Under the pieces are notes generated by a model. The model did no database searches. It saw only the letters and a program-made list of their open reading frames with translations, and was not told where the DNA came from. The position numbers were made by a program, and so were the translations under genes. This document shows positions 32,801 through 40,570 of a stretch of 64,000 nucleotides of DNA, in pieces; within the stretch, counting starts at the first letter, position 1, and every line of letters starts with the position of its first letter. The DNA is from an uncultured Methanolobus sp. (lineage in GTDB: Archaea; Halobacteriota; Methanosarcinia; Methanosarcinales; Methanosarcinaceae): assembly GCA_963675495.1 (NCBI GenBank), contig OY776215.1, positions 1,184,001 through 1,248,000 on the forward strand, in the 5' to 3' direction.

Positions 32801-34923
32801 GGGGCATTATTAGGAATTACAACATCAAGAACTGTGATAGTAATGGTTTCTGAATCAATAGTAGTACCATCGGAAACAGTGAATTTAACAGTATGAGATC
32901 CTATGTCATCAGAATTGGGAATCCAGTTGAACACATTGTCATTAAGAGTACCAAAACTGGCATTGCTGAAGTATGTAAGAGTATCACCATCAATGTCAGT
33001 TGCATTAAGAGTGATTGTCAGGGTTTCAGATTCATTTAGGATTCTGTCACCGATTAAATCAAGGACAGGGGCATTGTTCGGAACAATAACATCAAGAACG
33101 GTAATGGTTATGGTTTCCGAATCAGTAGCATTACCATCAGATACTGTGAAATTGATAGTATGAGTTCCTACATCATCGGAATCAGGAATCCAGCTGAACA
33201 CACCGGTTACTTCATCCAGAAATGCATTATCAGGTAAGTTCTGACCTAAGTATGCCAGACTATCTCCATCCATATCAGTTGCAACAAGGTTAATCTCAAG
33301 TTCTTGTTCTGCCTCAACACTTCTACTACCTATAAAAGATAACTCAGGAGGCGCATTTGTATCACTGACAACTACAGTTACAACTGCGAAATCACTAAGC
33401 TCACCATCTGTAGCTGTGAAGTTTATGTTGTAGATACCATTTGAAGTCTGGTTTGCAGTGTATCCCGGAGTCCAGCTGAACTTATCACCGGATATCAATC
33501 CATAAGATGTGTTTGAGGAGAATGTAAGCAAATCCTCAGTGTCTGGATCCATACAATTGAGTGTGATTGTTAATTCCTCATCTTCGTTGACATAGTGCAC
33601 TGGCATCTGTCCAAATGAAGGAGGTCTGTTGACATTGATTACTTCAATCGTCATTTGTTCCAGATCCTCAAAGACACCATCGTATGCACGGAAAGTAATG
33701 GTATAGATACCACTTTGTTCGTAATCTGGTGTCCAGGAAAACTCACCTGTGGTCGGATCTAAGGTTGCACCAGAAGGAAGGTCTGATGCAGTATACTCAA
33801 TTGGGTCATAATCAGGAGATGATGCATTCAGGATAAAGTCAAGAGTTTCGGATTCATTGACCAACTGATTATCAATAGGTTCAAGCACAGGCATAAGGTT
33901 TGTACTACCCACCCCAATTGTAACGATGTCGTAATCCCACATAGAACCGTCTGTAACACTAAATTCTATTTGATGGAAACCTTTATCGTCATAATCAGGA
34001 GTCCAGGTAAAAACATTGCCCGAAATATTTCCATATGGTACGTCCTTGAAATAAGCAAGAGTATCGCCATCAGGATCGTTTGCAGTTAGAACCAGCGAAA
34101 ATGGAATACCTTCTTCTGTTATTTCATCAGAAAGTGAAGTGAAAACAGGTGCTCTGTTGGTGTTTGACACTGTAACAGTGATTATTTCTGAATCAATCCC
34201 ATTACCATCAGATACAGAGAAATTAATAGAATAAGTTCCAGAATCATCAAATCCTGGAGTCCAAGTGAAAGCATTTCCAGTAAGAGTACCAAAACTGGCA
34301 TTACTAGAATATGTTAGAGTATCACCATCAATATCAGTTGCATCCAAGATGAGTATCAGGGTTTCTGATTCATTTACATCCTGATTGCCTATAGCTCCTA
34401 GTACTGGAGCTGAATTGACATTTATGGTTCCATTTATAATAGTATCAGGAACTGATGAAGTATTGGCACTGAGAATTTCTACATCTTGCAACACCAGGGA
34501 AGACCTCCCACTTACAGATGTTGTAAAGACGAGATCCAGCAATGGAATGTCGGCCACAGTTGTTGTGTTGTTCAATTGCCTCAATTGGATATGAGCTGTT
34601 CCGGGTGTTCCTTCAACATAATCTGCAACATGTCCCAAGACAGCACTGTGGTTCTCTAAAACACTGTCAATAGACATAATACTCGGATCATACACCAGAG
34701 TCAAGTTAATGCCTGTTACATTCTCGCAATTTGCTATAGAAATCACTACGTGTGCATTGTCACCGGGATTTACTTTTTCAGAACTTATGGCAACTATACC
34801 ACCCGATGCTGCACTAGCTAATATTATAGGATTGAATGTCGAAAGAATAATAGATATCGACAATAATATCCTTAAATAATTCAATACACCGTTTTGTTTA
34901 ATGTTTTTTATTAAAGGATGCAT
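29884..34923 (-). CDS. giant cell-surface protein: cohesin-like domain, 14 Ig/cadherin-like repeats, PGF-pre-PGF, C-terminal TM
   Basis: Same repeat family; PGFSSF; ATG 34923 preceded by GGGTGA SD. Confidence 0.9.
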   Translation of the reverse strand: MHPLIKNIKQNGVLNYLRILLSISIILSTFNPIILASAASGGIVAISSEKVNPGDNAHVVISIANCENVTGINLTLVYDPSIMSIDSVLENHSAVLGHVADYVEGTPGTAHIQLRQLNNTTTVADIPLLDLVFTTSVSGRSSLVLQDVEILSANTSSVPDTIINGTINVNSAPVLGAIGNQDVNESETLILILDATDIDGDTLTYSSNASFGTLTGNAFTWTPGFDDSGTYSINFSVSDGNGIDSEIITVTVSNTNRAPVFTSLSDEITEEGIPFSLVLTANDPDGDTLAYFKDVPYGNISGNVFTWTPDYDDKGFHQIEFSVTDGSMWDYDIVTIGVGSTNLMPVLEPIDNQLVNESETLDFILNASSPDYDPIEYTASDLPSGATLDPTTGEFSWTPDYEQSGIYTITFRAYDGVFEDLEQMTIEVINVNRPPSFGQMPVHYVNEDEELTITLNCMDPDTEDLLTFSSNTSYGLISGDKFSWTPGYTANQTSNGIYNINFTATDGELSDFAVVTVVVSDTNAPPELSFIGSRSVEAEQELEINLVATDMDGDSLAYLGQNLPDNAFLDEVTGVFSWIPDSDDVGTHTINFTVSDGNATDSETITITVLDVIVPNNAPVLDLIGDRILNESETLTITLNATDIDGDTLTYFSNASFGTLNDNVFNWIPNSDDIGSHTVKFTVSDGTTIDSETITITVLDVVIPNNAPVLDFIGERVVNESETLKITLNATDIDGDTLTYSSNAGFGTLNGKVFSWTPTYDDSNIYDVEFNVSDGIDVDHEVITITVLNVNRPPVLANIGDRSVMENSMLTINLSATDADNDTLKYFTDAAFGSMDDNVFTWIPTYDNSGTYDVNFTVSDGKSYDEKAITIKVNNVNREPVLIDVGSNSVKEGETLEFSLSASDQDNDALSYTMDDIPATASLNSTTGAFSWTPGYDDEGYYTVRFAVSDGSDEDVTYAEITVEKTNRAPEFPEFETVNVAENDTLILDISAFDPDDDFLTYFDNVSFGAISDDTFTWIPNFTDSGTHYVEFTVSDGYLVDSAIVTIVVANTNRAPVFTSLSDEITEEGIPFSLVLNANDPDGDALAYFKDVPYGNISGNVFSWTPDYDDKGFHQIEFSVTDGSMWDYDIVTIGVGNTNLMPVLEPIDNQLVNESETLDFTLNASSPDYDPIEYTASDLPFGATLDPTTGEFSWTPDYEQSGIYTITFRAYDGVFEDLEQMTIEVINVNRPPSFGQMPVYNANEGEELTIILNCIDPDNEDSLTFLSNVSFGSISGNEFIWTPGYTANQTSNGTYNINFTATDGELSDFAVVTVIVSDTNAPPELSSIGSKSVEEAHKLEFNLIATDVDGDVLAYSAQNLPENSVLDELTGVFSWTPSVGDAGTYSVIFKVSDNELNVTETVDITVSATSSSSSTISSSGGGGGGGGGSAGTGEEFENIDFKDYVLKSVVKDTDTVFAFYGKNNSIVSVSITSVLNAGQVKSVVEVLKDTSSQVDSRAPGQVYKNMNILLDDKKLTEATINNAKVEFKVDKKWLDDNEVDVSTITLCRYSDDSWEQLPTEIKDDDDSYFYFTSTTPGFSSFAISSIKPMTTGAYISEDVTPVSTDDESTFMSTSTDDSGSVESTTGASQESRSVFLIILVLVPPGLMIIGVFGYRNRGYYDKLRKQIGNHDGKRYRRNQ
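30920..34166. repeat. about 850-bp direct repeat pair (about 30920-31775 and 33311-34166), offset 2391 bp
   Basis: Repeat block 2-5 (NRAPVFTSLSDEI, NLMPVLEPID, NRPPSFGQMP, NAPPELS) recurs almost verbatim as block 11-14. Confidence 0.85.
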
Positions 34924-35252
34924 ACTCTCACCCTTGACAATAATCAGCGATCTGCTTCCGAATATAGTCAATTTTTTTGAGCTGCATACACTCTTGTATA
35001 CAACTACTAATGATTGCTTTTTCAGACATACAGTACTACTACTGATGCCCCCAAATTACTCCACAGTCATCAATTATACAACAATATATTATATAATTAT
35101 TTAATATCGATGAATTTATAAATTCATAATAATTGTTTTGCGATATAAACGAGAAAGAATCTAAATGTGAAATATATATGCACATGCAATTCAAAAAATA
35201 TATCTATCATGCCTATGTAAAACCTGCCACCCAGTAATAGAGATGAAAATTC

Positions 35253-36998
35253 TTGGATGGAAAAACAGCTTTCAAAGACCTTAAACAAAATTTGTTGCAA
35301 TGGTTACATACAGAATCACTGATATCCAATTCCCTTGCACTTGTTGTAGGTGTTCTCACAGGCCTTGCCATCGTATTTTATGACAGTTTACTGGAAATGA
35401 GCCATAATTCATTTCACGGAATACTTCCTGAATCTCACGGCTATTTCATAATTCTCTTGCCTGCCCTTGGCGGACTAATCGTTGGTATAATAGTTCATCT
35501 TTTCATACATACCAGGCGCTATGACATTGAAGAGGTCATTGAGGCAACCGCCCTTCATGGCGGCAGAATGTCAGTAAGAAATGCATTCCTGGAAGTTCTT
35601 GCATCTATCGTATCTATCGGTTCTGGTGGGTCTGTTGGAAAAGAAGCACCCGTGGTTCTTGCAGGTTCAGGTGTAGGGTCACTGGTTTCGCAGATACTCA
35701 AGATCAATGGTAACCGGGTGAAGATACTGATAGGATGCGGAGCTTCAGGTGGAATTGCCGCTGCCTACAATGCACCTCTTGCAGGAGTCGTCTTCGCCGT
35801 AGAGGTAATACTTGGTGAACTTGAAGCGAGTTCATTTATACCCATTGTCATCTCCGCAGTCTTTGCAACACTGGTTTCAAGTGTGATATTTGGTGTTAGA
35901 ACAATAGAAGTATCATCATATCAACTTGTGAATCCCTTCTTTGAATCCATCCTTTATCTGTTCCTTGGGGTGCTGGCCGGAGTCATATCGGCGATTTTAA
36001 TGCGTGCCCTTTTTGGAACACACAAATTCTTTGATTCGCTGAGCATACATCCGGCGATAAAACCTGCAATTGGTGGGCTTTTTGTAGGATTGATAGGATT
36101 CTTTTACCCCCAGGTATTCGGTGTAGGGTACAATGTCATCACAGATGCCCTTAACAATGGACTGGCACTGAACCTCATGCTGGCACTCATTGTTCTCAAG
36201 ATCATCGCATTCTCTTTCACAATGGGATCAGGCGGATCAGGCGGGTCCATCGTACCTTCACTTTTTGTAGGTGCAATGCTTGGTGGAGCTTACGGTTCCA
36301 TCGTTCACGGGATATTCCCAATGCTCACAGCAGAATCAGGTGCATATGCTCTTGCAGGCATGGGAGCCGTATTCGCGGGAACAAGCAGGGCACCCCTTGC
36401 ATCTATTCTCATTCTTTTTGAACTTACACGTGATTACAATATGATACTTCCAATAATGCTTGCATGTGTAGTCAGCAATGTAGTTTCAAGTTCCATTAAC
36501 TCCGAATCCATATTCACGGAAGGATTACATAGACGTGGCTTCACCATCAGGAAAGGCAGGGAAGTCGACATCATGGAATCCTTGCTGGTTACAAATGCAA
36601 TGAAACACAACGTTCAGACAGTATCGGAGAACAAGAAAGTCGGAGCATTGATCTCTCTCATGCAATCAAGTCGGCACGCAGGATTTCCGGTGCTTGATTC
36701 AAACGGGAATCTATCTGGTGTAGTTACGCTTAAAGATGTCAGGGACAAAGTGGGCCATGACGAACTTAATAAGACGATCAATGAGATATGCAGTAAGGAC
36801 GTTGAAGTGGCATATCCGGAGGAAACTTTGAATACAGTATTAAAACGCCTTGCTGCAAAAGATATTGGAAGGCTTCCAGTTGTCTTAAAAACAGACAGGA
36901 CAAAACTGCTTGGAATAATAACCCGCAGTGATATCGTCAAATTATACGATAAGAAGATACTTGATAAAGTACAGAGACTACAAAAAGAAGGACCTTAA
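35253..36998 (+). CDS. CLC-family chloride channel/transporter with tandem CBS domains
   Basis: GGSVGKEAP, YNAPLAGVVFAVE, GGSGGSIVP, multiple TM helices, two CBS domains. Confidence 0.9.
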   Translation: MDGKTAFKDLKQNLLQWLHTESLISNSLALVVGVLTGLAIVFYDSLLEMSHNSFHGILPESHGYFIILLPALGGLIVGIIVHLFIHTRRYDIEEVIEATALHGGRMSVRNAFLEVLASIVSIGSGGSVGKEAPVVLAGSGVGSLVSQILKINGNRVKILIGCGASGGIAAAYNAPLAGVVFAVEVILGELEASSFIPIVISAVFATLVSSVIFGVRTIEVSSYQLVNPFFESILYLFLGVLAGVISAILMRALFGTHKFFDSLSIHPAIKPAIGGLFVGLIGFFYPQVFGVGYNVITDALNNGLALNLMLALIVLKIIAFSFTMGSGGSGGSIVPSLFVGAMLGGAYGSIVHGIFPMLTAESGAYALAGMGAVFAGTSRAPLASILILFELTRDYNMILPIMLACVVSNVVSSSINSESIFTEGLHRRGFTIRKGREVDIMESLLVTNAMKHNVQTVSENKKVGALISLMQSSRHAGFPVLDSNGNLSGVVTLKDVRDKVGHDELNKTINEICSKDVEVAYPEETLNTVLKRLAAKDIGRLPVVLKTDRTKLLGIITRSDIVKLYDKKILDKVQRLQKEGP

Positions 36999-37050
36999 CC
37001 TGAATAAAAAACATAATCTGTAAAAATACCGGTTAAACTTAAACCTAAAC

Positions 37051-38346
37051 TTAAATTACAATCCTTCCCAGGAAATACCCCGGAGTTGCATCATATATTT
37101 GCACACGGCAGGTAATTCCCGGTTCGAGGGCACATTCCGGAATGACCACCGGTTTATACGTGTCAGTACGTGCCATCATACCTTTCTGTTTTGCAGGCTT
37201 TGAAAGGAAAACATCGACTTCCCTGCCAATCATACAATCCCTTGATCCAAGTTTAACAGACTCACAAACACCATGCAACTCATTTGACCTGTTAACGATT
37301 ATACGTGAATCGAGCTTTCGCATTTCCCATGCTTTGGTATGCGGTCTTGGAGTGAAACGGGAGATATTTACCTTTTCCGGTTTATACTCTTTCACCCAGT
37401 CAACTGTTTTTTTGAAATCTTCATCATTTTCACCAGGATAACCCACGATGATATCCGTAAAAATGGTCATGTCAGGAAATCTTGACCTGAACTTATCAAC
37501 AATTGCATTCGCCTCTGATATCGAATGATACCGATTCATGTTCTTCAAAACATTATCTGATGCGGATTGTATCGGAAGGTGAAGAAATTTATATATTTTC
37601 TCATCTTCAAAAGAGTCAAGCAGATCATCAAGAATTGGTGTCACAGAAAAAGGGTTCATCATTCCAACCCTTATCTTGAACTGGCCAGGTATCCTGCACA
37701 CCATATCCAGCAGTTGAGGAAGCAAGACCTCTTTGTCAGTTCCATACTGACCGTTATCCTGTGATGTAAGCCATATCTCCCTGCACCCCTCATTAACAGC
37801 CTTTCTTATATCAGCAACTAATTCATCAGGTTCAAATGAACGCAGGTTACCACGTGCTATTGTCACTATACAATATGCACATGCATAATTGCATCCCTGA
37901 GACAGCTGGCAAATATGGATATTGGAATTAAAGCGCATTCTTGGAACACTCTGGAAACCTTCGGGTTCCGGAAGAAAAACCTTTACACTTCCATTTACCG
38001 AATTAAGGGAATCAAGCATCTGACCCACCCGGGATATAGAATTCACACCTAATATATGGGCATCGGGATTTTGGTGCAGAATATCGTCAAGCTGAACTTC
38101 CGGCATACAGCCGGAAACTATGACCTTTATGCCTTTTTCACCGAATTCCCGAATCTTATAAAGTATCTTCTGCTCGGTCGTATACTTCACAGTACATGTA
38201 TTGATAACAACTACATCGGCATCTTTCTCAGGGACAAGTTCATGCCCACTATCCCTGATGCTTGCCTTCATTATCTCGGCCGATGCCTGACTTGCAGAAC
38301 AGCCGTAAGTTGAGATATGTACTTTCATTTTAGAGATGACTAACAT
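37051..38346 (-). CDS. mtaB: MiaB-like tRNA t6A37 methylthiotransferase (archaeal MtaB type)
   Basis: TYGC, INTCTV, radical-SAM CNYACAYC, RVGMMNP, C-terminal TRAM domain. Confidence 0.85.
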   Translation of the reverse strand: MLVISKMKVHISTYGCSASQASAEIMKASIRDSGHELVPEKDADVVVINTCTVKYTTEQKILYKIREFGEKGIKVIVSGCMPEVQLDDILHQNPDAHILGVNSISRVGQMLDSLNSVNGSVKVFLPEPEGFQSVPRMRFNSNIHICQLSQGCNYACAYCIVTIARGNLRSFEPDELVADIRKAVNEGCREIWLTSQDNGQYGTDKEVLLPQLLDMVCRIPGQFKIRVGMMNPFSVTPILDDLLDSFEDEKIYKFLHLPIQSASDNVLKNMNRYHSISEANAIVDKFRSRFPDMTIFTDIIVGYPGENDEDFKKTVDWVKEYKPEKVNISRFTPRPHTKAWEMRKLDSRIIVNRSNELHGVCESVKLGSRDCMIGREVDVFLSKPAKQKGMMARTDTYKPVVIPECALEPGITCRVQIYDATPGYFLGRIVI

Positions 38347-39438
38347 TTATACAAATCGCAGAGGAGTTTTCTCTGTATCATGGATATAGATCGTATCTGA
38401 AAATTTGACAACCCCCGAACTACCCATAGTAATACTGTGAACCCTTGAGTCACCGTCCCCGAAAAGATTAACACCCCGAAGCATTAATCCTGGTGTTACA
38501 CCTGTAGCAGAGAAGATTATATCTTTACCAGGTGCCAGTTTTTCTGTATCCAGCACATCATTGATGTTATCTTCTGTGATTCCCATTTTCTCAAGTCTTG
38601 GCATTTTTTCAGCCTTTTCTTTTGCAATTTCCTCGGGCGAACCACCATTAGCTACAGTAGGAAGAACAAGCCTTGCAAGAATCTTGCCACCAAGTATCTT
38701 TATAGCAGCTGCCGTAAGCACTGCCTCTCCTGAACCACCGGAACCAAGGACCATATGAACACCGGAACCACGAATAGCGGTTGCAACCCCGGGCATCAGA
38801 TCGCCATCTGTAATCAGGTTCACTCTTGCACCAGTTTCCCTTATCTCCTTTATTTTGTCCTTGTGCCTGTCCCTTTCAAGAATAACAACCACAAGCTCAT
38901 CCACATTTCTGTTAAGGGCCTTTGCAACTATCTGAAGGTTCTGGAGCACTGGTGCATCAAGGTCTATTTTTTCATCCGGATGCGTTTTCTCATATTTTAC
39001 TACTTCCGAGCCGACCACGATCTTGTCCATATAAATGTCCGGACCGTGGAATAGTCCACCCCTTTCAGCCATAGCCATGACAGATATGGCACCTGGAGTT
39101 CCGTTTGCTGCCAGGTTGGTCCCTTCCAGAGGATCCACAGCAATATCAACTTCCAGTTCACCTTTTCCGGTTCCTACTTCTTCACCGATAAAAAGCATGG
39201 GGGCTTCATCACGCTCTCCTTCACCGATCTTGATCATGCCTTTCATGTCAAGACAGTTCAGCATTCTGCGCATTGATTCCACAGAAACCTGGTCTGCATA
39301 ATTCTTATCGCCACGGCCCATCTGATAAGAAGCTGCTATTGCTGCTGCTTCTGTAACATGTAATAATCTGGGCAAAAGGGAACACTCGATTGGTCCCGCA
39401 CACTTTATCATCTCTTCAGCGGTTTTAGGATGAGGCAT
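38347..39438 (-). CDS. glpX: fructose-1,6-bisphosphatase class II
   Basis: TEAAAIAA, GRGDKN.AD, IGEGERDEAPML, DPLEGT, YMDK. Confidence 0.95.
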   Translation of the reverse strand: MPHPKTAEEMIKCAGPIECSLLPRLLHVTEAAAIAASYQMGRGDKNYADQVSVESMRRMLNCLDMKGMIKIGEGERDEAPMLFIGEEVGTGKGELEVDIAVDPLEGTNLAANGTPGAISVMAMAERGGLFHGPDIYMDKIVVGSEVVKYEKTHPDEKIDLDAPVLQNLQIVAKALNRNVDELVVVILERDRHKDKIKEIRETGARVNLITDGDLMPGVATAIRGSGVHMVLGSGGSGEAVLTAAAIKILGGKILARLVLPTVANGGSPEEIAKEKAEKMPRLEKMGITEDNINDVLDTEKLAPGKDIIFSATGVTPGLMLRGVNLFGDGDSRVHSITMGSSGVVKFSDTIYIHDTEKTPLRFV

Positions 39439-39544
39439 AATTATCATTTCCTGAATTGTTTTTTTGATTATAAAGAATTTAATGACACATGTATTAATGG
39501 TTTCTATATTAGAGTTTCGCGGGGATGACATATCAATGCTCAGA

Positions 39545-40054
39545 CTATTTCAAAATATCAACCAAGGCTACCCTTTCCATAACAAGGGACTGAAGCATCT
39601 CTTCACCTGCGGCCCATATTTCTTCCTCTGTTATCAAAAACTGTTCGATCAAAGCCGCCCTTTTGGAACTGGCATAATTCATCACAGGTGCTTCTTCAAT
39701 GAGAGCATTTAATGTCCGAACAGATAGTTCAACATCTTCGTTTTCACCAAGCACAACAAATGCCACATTCATCTGTCCTTCATGAACACCCATGGAAAAT
39801 GCTTCACCAATCTGTTTTTTGCCTGAAGCATACCTCATTATTTCAATTCCCAGATCATGTGCCATACAACAATTGTTCTCTTTAGCACGCAAAGCTTTTT
39901 GGACAGAAAAAAGAAGGTGTTTTTCACCTGCTATTTTGCCAGCATCCATTGCCTGAATTATAGTGTTGTAATTTGAAGATATAGACTTTATTGCTTTCAG
40001 AAAATCAGGCACATTGTCTATGTAAATTGACCCACCTGTCATCTTAAATTCCAT
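39545..40054 (-). CDS. cgi121: KEOPS complex subunit Cgi121
   Basis: IAGEKHL, EIMRYASGKKQI..A...G, LVMERVAL motifs. Confidence 0.85.
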   Translation of the reverse strand: MEFKMTGGSIYIDNVPDFLKAIKSISSNYNTIIQAMDAGKIAGEKHLLFSVQKALRAKENNCCMAHDLGIEIMRYASGKKQIGEAFSMGVHEGQMNVAFVVLGENEDVELSVRTLNALIEEAPVMNYASSKRAALIEQFLITEEEIWAAGEEMLQSLVMERVALVDILK

Positions 40055-40174
40055 GTACCAAGATACGGGAGTCCTTGAGAATAAGTATAACGGTCAGACA
40101 TTATATGCTCAATTGTTCAACTGGATAACTTTATCAACACATAAATCAAAGAATAAATAGGAATATGAGGCAAC

Positions 40175-40327
40175 ATGAGTAAACTAAGTAATGTGCAACA
40201 AAGCAAATACTATAAGTGCTACAACTGTGGGTTTGCCAGAGAAGTTGTTATTCCTTGCAATGACTGCGAAGAAGGAGACGTGAAGTGTCCTTTTTGCGGT
40301 GAAAAGATGGCAAGAAGATGGGAATGA
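40175..40327 (+). CDS. small Cys-rich zinc-ribbon/desulforedoxin-like protein (50 aa)
   Basis: Manual translation MSKLSNVQQSKYYKCYNCGFAREVVIPCNDCEEGDVKCPFCGEKMARRWE*; GAGG SD; three CxxC motifs. Confidence 0.7.
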   Translation: MSKLSNVQQSKYYKCYNCGFAREVVIPCNDCEEGDVKCPFCGEKMARRWE

Positions 40328-40364
40328 CAAAACTTTAAAATTAACAAATGGGAGATTGGTGCAA

Positions 40365-40514
40365 ATGCATAAACTGTATGATATGCAACCAGGGGAACGT
40401 TATTTCTGTGAGACATGCGGTTTTGAGATGGAAATCATCGACCGTGGCGATACATCCTGTGATGATATAGCCGTATGCCCTTGTTGTAGTAAAAACTTAA
40501 AATTAAGAGATTGA
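40365..40514 (+). CDS. small Cys-rich zinc-ribbon/desulforedoxin-like protein (49 aa)
   Basis: MHKLYDMQPGERYFCETCGFEMEIIDRGDTSCDDIAVCPCCSKNLKLRD; SD-like GGAG/GGTG upstream. Confidence 0.7.
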   Translation: MHKLYDMQPGERYFCETCGFEMEIIDRGDTSCDDIAVCPCCSKNLKLRD

Positions 40515-40570
40515 AACATACTCTTAGAATGTGTTATTTTCCCATTACAGAACTACTTGGGAAAACAATA

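Noticed and set aside
19571-34594. Many 60-100 aa ORFs overlapping the surface-protein genes
   Set aside because: Antisense or alternate-frame shadows of the repetitive coding sequence
39533-39547. Pyrrolysine read-through of the cgi121 TAG
   Set aside because: Would add only four residues before a TGA; no fusion created
40299-40364. N-terminal extension of ORF 40299-40514
   Set aside because: Overlaps the upstream 50-aa Cys-rich gene; ATG 40365 has an SD and aligns with the paralog's start
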